Part shown: positions 25,662-38,641 of the stretch, piece after piece
Layout of the letters: each line of letters begins with the position of its first letter
Position numbering within the stretch: position 1 is the stretch's first letter
Notes under the pieces: model-generated
Told to the model about the DNA's origin: nothing
Seen by the model: only the letters and a program-made list of their open reading frames with translations
Database searches by the model: none
Position numbers and translations under genes: made by a program
Assembly: GCA_951406725.2 (NCBI GenBank)
Contig: OX597814.1
Span: 106,268,001-106,332,000 of the forward strand
Direction of reading: 5' to 3'
Length of the DNA stretch: 64,000 nt
Source of the DNA: Octopus vulgaris
Lineage: Eukaryota

Positions 25662-26471
25662 TATATTGTTCATTATACACAATATATACTTGCATTATTT
25701 ATTCCCTAACATATATAGTCACTTTCTTTATTCACTTAAATATAGAACTATATTGTTCGTTCACTAGCATAATGTTACCTGGCCATATTTTTTCATTCCC
25801 TACCTGGTGATTAAGGTGATAACACTTTCTCTGTCATCTTGATTTGTCTTTTTATATTCGTTTGTTCATTTGGCTTTGTTTGTTGTATCTTTTTATTGTC
25901 CTTAATGTTTATTTGTCTCTTTTTTCTTATTCTCGTATATTTAATAATATTCTGTACCTCATAATCACGTGTAATATGCATTCAATAATATCGATCGGTT
26001 GTATCCACTGGGGTCGCTCCGTTTCTTTGTTTTTGCTTTTTAATTAAAATGTTAAATCTACCATATTTTATTTATTTCAAACGCTGACATTTATAGACAC
26101 GGATGAGGTTTGTACACCTTCAGCGTCGAAATAATTATATGTTCTATAAGGAGTAAGTGTCAATTGCACATACAGAGCTCTATATAACATCACGTTCTTC
26201 ATTTTCTCCTTAATTTTTCTTCTGCGCTTTCGGAGATGTAAAGGATTTATTTCAGATTTCACACGACCTGTGCCCACATATCCACATTGCAAGAATCTCT
26301 TTCATGGACATAGAATCTATACTTAAACGTGTTTGTTGTTATCCCATGTTAATACGCCCAGGCGGTCAACTATGCTTCTACGTCCACGTTGTTATTTATG
26401 CTTATTCATTCACCAGCTTCGTCTTCTTTTCCTTCTTTTTCTTCTCTTCTTCTTCATTTCCTTTTTCTACT

Positions 26472-27200
26472 TCTTGTGCGCGCGGAGTGACGAAACCGTT
26501 CTGCACGCTCTCGTTCAGTGTCCTTGCATTGCTGACTAGTTGGGTTACGTCGAACAGTTGCTTTCACGTGTGGGACGGATCCGTCTGTCGGCTGAGTCTG
26601 TATTGATGATGGCACCGCCGCTCTCCTTCAATTGAGCAGACAAAACAGTTTTCCTTTGCCTTATGGCTATAACGAAAGAAGCGGTTTGGCGGACAGAGCT
26701 GAAGGCATGAGGACAGATACATTCCTTTTTGGTAGAGCTATCGTTGACTTCTTCGAGTTTCACTCGAAGAGGAAACTGGGAGTGAGGAGGAAAGTGCTGT
26801 CCTCGAGTGAGTTTATTGAAAGGTGGGTGAAAGTTGCGGAAATAGTAAGAGTGGATGGTAGTTCTCTTAGTTTAGGCCTGTGGGTCGGAGGGATGGAATT
26901 ATAGAGGGTACTCGCTCTTGGGCTTTAAGGAAAATCTCAAACAGTGGGGTTCTTCGATGTTCCCCAGAGACCTTCCTATATCAGGAGGTCCACATCTCTC
27001 TCATCTTCCCCGCCACTTTTTTCTTTAACCTTTGTATGCTATGCATATGTCCCTTATATTTCAGTGTGTACCGAGTATATTTCCTTTCTTTCTTTCTTTC
27101 CTATTTTATCATTTCAATATGATATGTAAACTCCAACACTTTATGTCTGACTTTGTATTGTCCCTCTGATCCCTCGTTTTTGTGGCAAATAAAGGAAATC
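26472..27200 (+). mobile_element. L1/Tx1-type LINE 3' fragment ending in (ATC)n
   Basis: CARSDETVLHALVQC zinc-knuckle remnant, downstream ...KEAVWR..., a T-rich 3' UTR, then AATAAAGGAAATCATCATC. Confidence 0.7.
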
Positions 27201-27211
27201 ATCATCATCAA

Positions 27212-27277
<66 letters not shown>

Positions 27278-27278
<1 letters not shown>

Positions 27279-30200
27279 TTTCTATGTTTGACTTTTGCTT
27301 TATATTTGTACAAGTTGGCTCCAGGTCTCGCCTAGGGACCTAAAGACACTACAAATTGGAAGTTCATGTTGGTGTTATGCCTATAGTGGTATATATTTGG
27401 TTTTGTACATAGTGTTGTTCAAGAGAATGTTTAAGAAACCATAAGAAAATTATGTTTGTTTTAAAACTTGAGATTACATAGAAAGTATTTTGCGTAGGAT
27501 ATAGGCAGTTCCCATGAGCACTATCTTTTGAATTTCTGCCATTTTGGGGTTTCCTGGTATCTGAGTTAGGTAGCAATCAGCCCCTTTTGCTATCATTCCC
27601 AGGGCACCTATGACAACAGGTATTATTTTAGTCTTCAGGTTCCACATTTTGCTAATTTCTATTTCAAGATCTTTATATTTGCTCAGTTTTGGTAGGTCTT
27701 GACAGATACGTTTATATCGATTGGGACAGTCATATCAATGAGGAGGCATGTTCTTTGTCTGAAGTCTTTCAATATGATTTCTGGCCTATTTGCATCTATC
27801 TTTCTGTCAGTTTGAATGGGGAAGTTCCAGAGGAGTGAGATGTGGTCATTTTCAAGCACTGGGGGTGGTTTGTGTTCCTACCATTTTTTTTTCGTGGGAC
27901 AAATCCAGGTTTTTGCAGATTACTTTGGCGCATTTTTCTAATCCAAATTTCATATCTATTTCTTTGGTAAATCCATGAACTGTCTTTAATAGTGTTTCCA
28001 GCTGTTCGTCATTTGCAGCGTATAGTTTTAGGTCATCAATATATAAAAGGTGGCTGATCGTTTTGCCGTAACATTTATATCCGCATCCAGTTCTATTTAG
28101 CATATCAGATAGAGGTGACAGTGCCAAGCAGAAAAGGAGTGGAGGGAGCGTGTCTCCCTGGAATATTCCTCTTCTAATGGGGATGGTTTTCATGAGTCCC
28201 TCTTTTGTTTGGAGCTGTAGCACTGTTTGCCATTTATTCATAGAGTGCCCTATGAATTTTATAATTGTTGGTGCTACTTTGTTAATGGCAAGTGTTTCGA
28301 GGTTCCATGTGTGGGGGATGCTATCAAACGCCTTTTTGTAGTCGATCCAGGCCATACTGAGGCCTTTCTTCTTTCTGTGGCTGTCTTCAGTTATGGCTTT
28401 ATTAATAATTAGTTTATCTTTACAGCCATATGAGCCTTTGCGGCATCATTTCTGCTCTTCTGGAAACAGGTTGTTTTCGTCCAGGTGCTTGTTGAACCTT
28501 TGCGATATCACTGCAGTAAATGCCTTGTACATTGTAGGGAGACAGGTTATAGGTCTGTAGTTTTCTGGTTTTGCTGTCTCATTTGATTTGGGAATTAAGA
28601 TGGTTTTCTCCTTCGTGAGCCATTCAGGCATTGTCTCTGGCTCTGCTAGTATGTTGTTAAAGTTTTCAGCCAGCAATTTGTGCATTCCTGTTAGATATTT
28701 CAACCAGAAGTTGGGGATCTTGTCATGCTCAGGTGCCTTCCAGTTGCTTAGTCTTTGCAGTGCCTGGATGACCTCTTCGGTTGTTATTGGGGTCCAAAGT
28801 TGCTCAGATGCTGAGTTTGTTGTTTTAATACTCCTTTTTTTTGGTTGTTCGTTCGCCGAGCATATTTCTCTCCAGAATTCTTCTACTTCTGCCGTTGGTG
28901 CTGCAGTGATTTCTATTTTATTTTTGCCAAGTTCTTGGTGGAACTTTTTGGGGCTGGAGTTGAACTTTTTGTTTTGTTCAAAGAAGCGCTGGCGTTTCTC
29001 GTACCGGCGGATCCTTTGTGCTTTGGCAAGGATATCTTGCTTCAGCTTTTCTTTTATCTCAGGTAAATCTTTTTCTGTGATGTTATATTTGCGGAGTATT
29101 TTTGTTTTCTTTTTGTTGCTCAGTAGCGTTGATTGTCTACTGATTTCATTAAGAATCGACAGATCTTTTCTCTTTTTTTGTATTTTGTTTTGGATGTTAT
29201 TTATCCACAGGGTTTGTTTGGGTGGTGGTAGTCCTGTTTGGATGGGTTTGAGTGAGTATCCAGCTTCTTTTGTGGCTGCAGTGGCTGCTGCGTATACTAA
29301 GTCATTTAGCTCAGTGATATCGCTTTTTGTTTCAGTGGCTATTAGTTCCGTGACGGCTAGGTTTATGCTGTTTATAATTGGTGTTGTTGTTTCGCCTATT
29401 TTGATTTTTGGGAGGTATGGTCAGTGGTCCATTTTGAGCTCTGTGGTTTTCAGTTCTTTGACTAGTTTAGTTTTTATATTATCATAATCATTAGGCTTCC
29501 CTTCGTTTTTTCCAGGTTTTAGATTTGTGTCGCCTTCGTTCTTATTTATATGTTTGTTTGCTGTGTTTTGGCTTGCAGTTTGTCGTGTATTATTATGCAT
29601 CCTTACGGTCTGGGTTTGTTGTTTTTTGTTTACATCGTGTTTGTTGGGAATGTTACGTTTGTCTTCGTGTTTTACTGTTTCAGTGTTTATATTATTGGGC
29701 ATTGTTGTATGGCTTCTATCTACATTTTCCTGGTATATTTTTTTCTTTTAGATGTTCTATTTCTATTTCTGATATTTTCTTGCGTTGAGAATGTATCTTC
29801 GTACGTTAGCTAGTTTATTAGGGTTCATTGCTGTATCCAAGTCTATATTTATATTATTTTCCTTCCATATTTTATATGTATGTGTTGTTGTGTTTTCATT
29901 TTTTGGGTAGAGCACTGCTGTGAAGTATGCGTGTAGGATAGAAATGTATTCCTCACGTGTCCATTTATGTCTTTTGGGTTTTATTTGCGGGACATGAGGA
30001 ACAACGTCCGGCCCATTATTTTGACGGTCGTCATTTTCGTAGGGTACCGGTCCGTTCATTTCTGTTGTCACATTGTTTTGCACGTGTAGTTTTTCGTACA
30101 TTTTGTGTTGTAAGTTTAAAGTACGTACCTCCCGATTGTTATTCTTGGGTTGAATAATATCGGTGGTATTTAATTTCTTCGTAGTTCCTTTGTACATTGT

Positions 30201-30475
30201 GTTTGGGGTCGGGGATGATCTGGTGTTGATGGATCGTAATGTATCACGCATGTTTACATGTGTTGTGTTAGAGGTGGAGATGATATCGAGTCAAAATACA
30301 TCATTTAGTTTCGAAAATAGTAATAAATTTTAATGAGTATTACTTACTCGGATACAGTCCAATCCTTTGTTAGTAAATCTTTGGCTCCATACGATGTCCT
30401 TGTTTTCGATGTTTGTGGATAGATTTCGGAGCTCTGTTTTATCGTTCTTACATCTTAAACGTCCCCCGGTGTTCC
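27278..30475 (-). mobile_element. Chimeric R4/Dong LINE: family A 5' end to RT, fused to family B C-terminus
   Basis: N-terminal RHKWTREEY...LANVRRYI, RT motifs YRPITCLPT, AWIDYKKAFDS, RGIFQGD and YIDDLKLY. At 27920-27923 it jumps abruptly to ICKNLDL...PVLENDH. (ATT)n lies at both ends. Confidence 0.92.
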
Positions 30476-30493
30476 TTATTATTATTATGTTCC

Positions 30494-30528
<35 letters not shown>

Positions 30529-30586
30529 ACATCTACACACACATACATAACACATCTACACACACATATACAAACACACACACATA

Positions 30587-30664
<78 letters not shown>

Positions 30665-30672
30665 CATTATAG

Positions 30673-31500
30673 GAGTTCTACCGGTCAATCTATATCAATC
30701 TGCTTCAGCTGTTTGACTATATATTTGCTTACTGTTCCCAAAGCACCAATTATTATAGGCACGTCATTTACTGTTCTCATGCTCCAAATGCTTCCTATTT
30801 CAAATGTTAAGGAATTGTATTTTCTTTTTGTTTTTCTTTCCTTTTTCTTTACGATCCTGGAATCAAACGAACATGATGGGTTAATATGTAAGCAGCTTCG
30901 CTTTTCCTTATCTATACTTGTAATATCTGGTCTATTGTTTTCTAACTTCTTATCCGATTGAAGCGGATATTCCCACAAAAATCTTCCATTTCTCCGACTC
31001 CAGTACTCTTTCGACTCGATGATTGTACCATGTGTTTCCAACTTTAAATCCCCATTTCTGGTACAATTTCCAATGTAAATCATTTACAACCTGATCCTGC
31101 CTCCATTTCTTATATTCTTCCTGTGCCAACTTGGGGCATTCTTCCACAATATGTACCGCTCTTTCGTTCCAAGTTCCGCAGGTTCTATATTTTTCTGACA
31201 CATTCTCTCCATTTATATTTTTCACAAGTTGTTTGTTTTTATCGCTTGATCTTGGGCTGCTACAATTAGACTCTGTTTCTTTTTTTAATTTCCCCCTTTT
31301 TTAATCAAGCCCATGATTTTGTTCTTCATACGTCTTCAGTGGCTCTCCAAAATTGGCCAGACACAGGTTTCACTTCGATCTGTCTCACGTCCTCTGAATT
31401 TCACCCTTGTCCGTTTCTCCTATCACGCGCTTCATCGCCTGTTCTTTATTCTGGCTTTAGTAGTTTTTCGGTACTTCTCTGTAAATACTCTACAATACTT
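30673..31500 (-). mobile_element. Degraded R4-type LINE 3' fragment
   Basis: HIVEECPKLAQEEYK, LWEYPLQSDKKLENNRPDI, VPIIIGALG. Confidence 0.85.
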
Positions 31501-31879
31501 CTTTCCATCTGTATTATTAACATTATTGTTGTTGTTGTTCTAGAGTAATCATCATCATTATCGTCATTATTATAACCAATATCACAATCGTCTTCTTCAC
31601 CGCCATCACCATCATTATGATGTGAGATAGACATGAATAGTATCTTTGTTTTGGAGTACAAATGAGTTGAACAATTGACAAGAATTATTAGTGCTTAATT
31701 AAAATGTTTTAACCGATATTTGTAGTATTAAATTAACAAATTAGTAGAATCAGTATAATTAAGCGATTAGTAGTATAAAAGGGTTAGTAGTATTAATAAA
31801 ATTAATTAGAAGTATTAATTGCACTAAAGAGTTTGTTCTATAAAAAATATTAAATATTTAGTAATATTAGTAGTACTAA

Positions 31880-32090
31880 AGGTGATGAACTGGTGCAGAA
31901 CGCTGGACAAAATGCTTAGCGATATTTCGTCCGTCTTTACATCCTGAGTTCAAATTCCACCGAGGTCGACTTTGCCTTTAATTTTTTTTTTTGGGGGGGG
32001 GCATAAAATAAGTACCCGTTATGCACTGGGGTCGATGGAATCGACAAGCACCCAGCCTCGAACTTGCTGGTCTTGTGCCAGAATTTAAAT
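31880..32090 (+). mobile_element. Degraded SINE
   Basis: 38092-38320 family. Confidence 0.7.
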
Positions 32091-32228
32091 GCGATGTTAG
32101 TAGTATTAAGCAAATACTATTACTAGTATTGGTATGAGATTCATGGGATTGGCATCACTCGTCATTCACCATCAACAAAAAACTATTTTTAAATCTCACA
32201 ACGAGAGATATTCAGCAACAGTACTTTG

Positions 32229-32602
32229 TAGTAAAGGTTGTTTGCCAACATAACATGGCAGTCCTGGTTTAGGACGAATGTTGCTGTAATTTAGCCTCAG
32301 GAGACATCGTCTTCAGTGGCTATACGACACGATCTGTGTCCTTACATATATTTCGAACGGGAATTTGGCAGCGCCACCTCTAGCCGAACAATTATTTTGT
32401 GCTGATGAAGGGAAATAACCCGGAAATCGTGATACACAGATATTGTTTTGAGCTGAGTTTGAGTGCTAGATTCCCTTGTTCGAAAATATAAGGACACAGA
32501 TCGTGTCGTATAGCCAGTTGGAGACGATGTCTTCTGGGGCTAAATTACCCCAAGTCATCCTAAATCAGGACTGCCATGTTATGTTGGCAAACAATCTTTA
32601 CT
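32229..32602. repeat. Inverted repeat (~140-bp arms) enclosing a hammerhead motif
   Basis: 32229-32368 is the reverse complement of ~32464-32602, with moderate divergence. Confidence 0.9.
32398..32438 (+). ncRNA. Minimal type-I hammerhead motif
   Basis: Reads TGTG-CTGATGA-A-GGG-AAATAA-CCC-G-GAAA-TCGTGA-TA-CACA, triplet AUA. Confidence 0.75.
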
Positions 32603-32702
32603 CCAAAAAGCTCATACCTCTTGTTAGTCTCCTCAAACCTTGCCCAGTTCCATTAACAATCCCGCCTTCATATCATTAGTCTTGGATTTCTTTCTCCTAA
32701 AC

Positions 32703-33698
32703 CAGTGGTTCTCAAACCGGGGTCCGCAGTCCACTTGGAGACTGCGAAGCTGTTTTAGGGGGACCGCGAAGGGACGCTGAAGTATTGTGAAAACAGGGTG
32801 GTTTGAGACAGTTAAGTTTTAAAATTTCAAGACTTTCAATTTTTTGCATGCTATCGTTCTTTTTTGTCATTTGTCCCCAAAAGTCCACATTACTCCTAAA
32901 CACTCGATTGGCAGATAGAAAATATGCGGGTATAACGGTTGATCGTGTACGTGCTGTCGGTATTTTTCTTTTCACATTTGTTTTGTAAACAACTGATCAA
33001 CTGATTCCCCATATTTTCACATGCATTTATTGTATCCCAATAAGACGACGAGCTGGCAGAAGCGTTAGCACACCAGGTGAAATGCTTAAGTGGCGAGCTG
33101 GCAGAAACATTAGCACGCCGGGCGAAATGCTTAGCAGTATTTCGTCTGTCTCTACGTTCTGAGTTCAAATTCCGCCGAGGTCGACTTTGCCTTTCATCCT
33201 TACGGGGTCGATAAATTAAGTACCAGTTACACACTGGGGTCGATGTAATCGACTTAATCCATTTGTCTGTCCTTGTTTGTCCCCTCTGTGTTTAGCTCCT
33301 TGTGGGTAGTAAAGAAATAGGTATTTTGTCTGCCATTACGTTCTGGGTTCAAATTCCACCGAGGTCGACTTTGCCTTTCATCCTTTCGGCGTCCATTAAA
33401 TAAGTACCAGTTACGCACTGGGGTCGATGTAATCGACTTAATTTCTTTGTCTGTCCTTGTTTGTCCCCTCTATGTTTAGCCCCCTGTATCCCAATGGGGC
33501 ATTGCCTGAATTAAGTTGTGGTTTTCGGGGTTGCGAGTCTATAGGCAGTGCGGTTCATAGCCCAGAAATTATGGTACACGAATATATATTCATTTTTTCC
33601 ATGTTGATTATCCTGCATTTTATAGGTAACTTCGAATCATCGAGAAAACCATAACGGGGCCGGCACGTGAAATCTTTTGAAAAGTTTGAGAGCCATTG
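32703..33698. mobile_element. hAT (Charlie-like) non-autonomous DNA transposon
   Basis: TIRs CAGTGGTTCTCAAAC and GTTTGAGAGCCATTG, with 8-bp TSD TCCTAAAC / TTCTAAAC. Confidence 0.85.
33042..33484 (+). mobile_element. Tandem (partly dimeric) SINE nested in the hAT element
   Basis: Duplicated head, then a full unit and a second partial unit. TSD TGTATCCCAAT at 33031-33041 and 33485-33495. Confidence 0.88.
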
Positions 33699-34609
33699 TT
33701 CTAAACTAAAGCCTTTTATGGACCTTTAAACACTTCTTCCACCATGTATGAATATTATACATAACTCCTCTTCCTTTATACACACTTGTTTAAATACTCT
33801 TATAAATAAAGCAGTATATTACACACGTGTGTATAATAAATGCATTAAGTGTACGTAAAAGATATTTCCAAGTTTTCATTCATCTTCAATTTTTTTTTCT
33901 AACCATTTTCTCACTTTCTTTCCTCACCACCAAATTCCTCATCATATTTCCTCTCAAATCTTTTTCAAGCTTCCTTCTTTGTTTTCGGTCAGGAATATCC
34001 ACCCCACCGTCCTCTTCCCGCTTCCACATTCCTCGTCCACTCTTTTAATTCTTTATCTTCCCTTTTGTACTTTTCCCATATTTATTCTTGATCGTCCTTT
34101 CTATTCCTTGCCATTTTTTTTCTTCTTTCTCTGATTTATATCCATTCTGTTATTGCTTTTACACAAATACACAACATTTTCTTTTGTGTGTGTTTTTGTT
34201 TCTTTGTTTTTTTCTTTTAGTTTTGATTCTGCATCTTTCATGTTACTTTCCTTTCGTTTTTTTTTATTCCTCTCTTTCTTTCTTTCGCTCTTTCTTATTT
34301 TCTTTTTTTCCCCTCTTTCTTTCTTTCGCTCTTTCTTATTTTCTTTGAGCCTCCCAAATGAATCAAGTATTTCACATTAAGCCAGCGTCAGAAATTGCTG
34401 CAACAAATCAAACCCTACGTATTCTTTGTTTGCATGCGTTAGCGCTGACTCTGTCTCCGAAGACTAACGCATTGGAATCAGCTTCAGGTCAATTCCAGCC
34501 AAGGATCGAATGGTGCAAAAACAACAACAACAACTGTAAAGACAAAAAAAAAACGAAGATGTGATGGAATTCAAAGGAAGAATTCTGATGGAATTTGTTG
34601 AATATTTTC

Positions 34610-35100
34610 ATCACTACTATGACGACAACCTCAGTCATCAGAACTACCACCGCTACCAGCACCACCACAACTACTACCGCCGCCACCACTACCAACCCCA
34701 CTCCCTCCCCACCTTCACTTCCGCAAGCACAACTACCACCGCCACCGCTACTGTCAACACAGCCACCATCTCCACCACCACTACCATCATCACCGCGACT
34801 ACTACCACTTTCACCACCACTACCGTCACCACCGACATCACCAAATCTGCTAGAACTACAGCCATCTCTGAAAATACTACTACCAGGACCGCAACTTCCA
34901 GAACCCTTGCGAATACCATCCACGTCACCATTGCCACCATCACCAATAATACTATCACGGTAACTACCACCAACACCACTACAACTACCACCACCGACAC
35001 AACTACTACCACCACCACCACCACCACCACCACCACCATACTACCGTCACTTCCGCTATCGTTACACCACCAACAACATCGTTACCACAATCACCACAAT
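34610..35100. repeat. Degenerate (ACC)n low-complexity tract
   Basis: ACC/ACT/CAC triplet runs. Confidence 0.9.
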
Positions 35101-35659
35101 TACAAACGGAAACTTCTGTCAACATAACATTATTTACGTCATTTTAATCACGGTTAGTCACACCACAGATACATTAATCAAAGGAGTGTTTTTGCGGGAT
35201 TTCCACAGGACTGGCACGGTGGGATTTGAAACTACTAGAAAGACAACTACATTGATAAATATTGATTTCTCTTGAAATATTTGAGAACAACAAATTCGTG
35301 AACCCAGTTGAATGTTCCATTGTTACAAGGATAATAAACAGAACAAAATATAAGGAAAGCGGAGATTATTAAAATGGCAGCAACGAAGACACGAGCGGCA
35401 ACGATAACCACAACAACAACAATATTCTTTTCAAACTTTGGCACAAGGCCAACAAATAAGAGTAGGTAAGTCGATTACATCAACTCCAGGGTTTTACGAG
35501 TACTTAATTTATCGACCCCCGAAAGGATGAAAGTTAAAGTCGACTGCGGCGGTATTTGAACTCGGATTGTAAAGATGGACGAAAGGCCGCTAAGCATTTT
35601 TCCGGCGTGTTAACGATTCTACCAGAACGCCGCATTAGCAACAATAACAATGTTAACAA

Positions 35660-37500
35660 GATGATTTTCTTCAACTATTTTCAACACCCAGTTACCTGTA
35701 GTTTTAAGTTATTGTTCGAATCCAAGTTCTTTGATTTACAAGTTTTTCAAAGGGGGAAGCAGGTTTGGTACTTCTGATTTTTTTTGTTACAGTAACAGCA
35801 GTTGTCTTCATGTATCTGGTGTCTGGAGAACAACCATGGATTGGAAGAAGGAAATGCTGGCCTTACCAGATGCCAAAAGCACTCAAAGACCAGCCAGCGT
35901 TGACCATCACTGCATAAACAGAAAAGTAAATGTCTGCAAAGTATTTAAATTGGTAATGCCATTCTCAAGACATGTACAGAGTCAGTCAGTACTATTTTCC
36001 GTAATTCTTGCAGGGATGACTTCCCAAGCATCTGCTTCGAATACTTTTCTGTTCCTTGTTTCAACATGCCAAGTGCACCGTCTATCACAATTACTTTATA
36101 GGTCTTAAGATGCCACATTTTCTCAATTTCAATTATTAGATCTTTATATTTACTGAGCTTTCAAAATTTTTTCATTTTGTCAATGTTCACAGGAAAATCT
36201 CAGAGGATTGTCACATTTTCGTCTCCTGTCACTGCATCAAGGTGATGTTTGTAGCATACACCAGTCTTTGTGTCGTAAGATTTGCATATTACCCAATGCC
36301 TATTACTCTTTATACTCCTGGAGAGCCAACACTTTGTAACCTAAAAGATGATCAATAGTCTCAACTTGCTCATCACAAAATCTAGACTTTGGGTCAGTTC
36401 CGTTTCTGATTACATTGGCTTGAAAGTTGCACTTTGAATGACACTGGTCTTTTACAGCCAAACTAAAGCCCCCACTCTCTGCTTCTAGCCCAGAACTCCA
36501 CAACATCTGGTGAGTGAGAGATTGATATGCATTAGACTCTTAGCTACAGAGGACATGCTGTCTGTGCAGGGGTTTTTGGTCCCACTTAACGTACAGTTTC
36601 CGTTGACCTTCGCCAATATTTTGATGTTCTTCACATTTTTATTTGCAGAATCACCATAACTTTCAAATTTTTCATTATTCATTCCTAATTCTTCCGCAAA
36701 ATGTCTTTGCTTACTTTTTAATTGAAAGTCATTTTTTTTTGTTTTCATTTTCTTCAACTATTTTCAACACCCAGTCACCTGTAGTTTTAAGGAATTGTTC
36801 GAATCCAATGTCTGATTTTTGCATAAGACTCCAAGCTGGATCGTTCTTCAACCTCCAGTTTTGCATCGGGAGATAGAAGCGAACCACATCTGCTTTTGCG
36901 TGATATAGTTTATTACAGGTCAGAAGTTCCCTGATCTTGGGGTCCATTTTCTTTATTTCCTTGAGGTTCCAATTTATGATGCTACAGATATAGATGGCAA
37001 CTGGGATCGCAAGATGGTTTATAGCAGATATTTTATTCTTTGAGTTCACCTCTGTTGCAAGACAGCATGTACTCTTCGGGAGTATTCCTTCCTAATTTCC
37101 TCTTTCATGCTGGCATTATGAATATGTTGGCCTTGATTGACACCCAAATATTTGTAAGTTTGTCCCACATCGATTTACATTGAATTCGTCATACTGCTTC
37201 CTTGAATGCTGCCTATTCCCATTTTCCAGTCCAAACTTTATTCCTACGACATCACTGAACACCTTAACCGTTCTCAACAGTTCTTCCAACTGACTGGTAT
37301 TTTTGGCATACAGTTGTAGATCATCCATTTAAAACAGATGATTTATAATATTTGCCGTCTATTTTGCAGCCATATTTCGTTTTGTCGAACTCCAGAATCA
37401 AACACATGAGTGTAATGCAAAATATAAGGAGATAAAACGAGTCACATATAATAATACCTCAGTTAATGCTTATGATGCTGGAATTTTGGAATCGACAGCT
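35660..37500 (-). mobile_element. Degraded R4-type LINE (RT to endonuclease)
   Basis: MDDLQLYAKN, KFGLE, NKISAINHLAIPV, GLEAESGG...KDQC, FCDEQVETIDHL. Confidence 0.85.
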
Positions 37501-37669
37501 CCATCAGTGTGTGACGAGCGAGACAAGATGCATTTCGTCCGTCTTTACATTCTGAGTTCAAATGCCACTCAGGTGGACTTTGCATTTCATCCTTTGGGGT
37601 CAATAAAATAAGTACAATATTTACATTATTTACATTTGACGGATATTTGTCCTCCTCTTGTTTGTCATT

Positions 37670-37715
37670 AGCATAACGTTTCGGCTGATATACCCTCTAG
37701 CCTTCATCAGGTGTC
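37670..37715 (-). ncRNA. Minimal hammerhead motif with degraded stem I
   Basis: Minus strand reads GACAC-CTGATGA-A-GGCT...AGCC-GAAAC-GTT. Confidence 0.6.
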
Positions 37716-37774
37716 TTGGGGGAAACTTCGAACCTGGATTCTCATTCCTAAGGTATTTTTCAATGTTATTATTT

Positions 37775-38620
37775 TTTCCTTCTTTATTCAAATTTTCTTC
37801 CATTTCCCACCGAGTGTTTTCCGTACACCTAGGGCAGAGAAGCTCATTGTATGCATTCCCAGATTACACAAGCAAATCCACAGGTAAAATATGTATTTAA
37901 AAAATAAATAAATAAATTGATGAATGGATATTGTTTTCACAGCGATAATGCTCTTCTCAGTACATGAACCGTTCCAGTTAACACGATTTTTTGCACTTCC
38001 TGTAGGGATGGTAAGCCTGGTATCATTTTCAAATAGGTTTCAGTACCTTTTTTTATCATTCCTAGAGATCCTACAATCGCTGGTACTGTAGGCGGCGAGC
38101 TGGCAGAAACGTTAGCACGCCGGGCGAAATGCTTAGCGGTATTTCGTCTGCATTACGTTGTGAGTTCAAATTCCGCCGAGGTCGACTTTGCCTTTCATCC
38201 TTTCGGGGTCGATAAATTAAGTACCAGTTACGCACTGGGGTCGATGTAATCGACTTAATACCTATGTCTGTCCCTGTTTGTCCCCTCTGTGTTTAGCCCC
38301 TTGTGGGTGATAAAGAAATAGGTACTGTAGTTGCCTTGAGATGCCACATTTTTTCAATTTCTATTAGCAGGTCTTTTATATTTACTTATCTTGTCAAATT
38401 CTTTCGCCGCTATATTGTGATCGCAAGGGATACTCATGTCAATTAACAAACACATCCTTTTTGTCTGATCTTTTATAATACTATCGGTTTATTAGCTTTT
38501 ATAGTTTTGTCGGTATGTACGGGGAAGTCTCAGAGAATCGACACATTTTCTCCCTCAGTCACAGCTTCAGGATGGTGTTTATAACATTTCTCAGCGGTTT
38601 TGATTTTATAATGCCGACAT
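37775..38620 (-). mobile_element. R4-type LINE 3' end (related to 23310-23932), interrupted by a SINE
   Basis: Has the same 3' terminus and KPDS...CLLIDMSIPCDHNIAAKEFDK as 23310-23932. Confidence 0.88.
38092..38320 (+). mobile_element. Young full-length SINE with 10-bp TSD
   Basis: TSD GGTACTGTAG at 38082-38091 and 38321-38330. Confidence 0.92.
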
Positions 38621-38641
38621 ATTATTATTATTATTATTATT

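Noticed and set aside
28588-29487. 299-aa plus-strand ORF
   Set aside because: It is the antisense shadow of the R4 LINE ORF on the minus strand.
34489-35127. Pro-rich and Thr-rich ORFs (extensin- or mucin-like)
   Set aside because: This is a degenerate (ACC)n repeat, open in nearly all frames.
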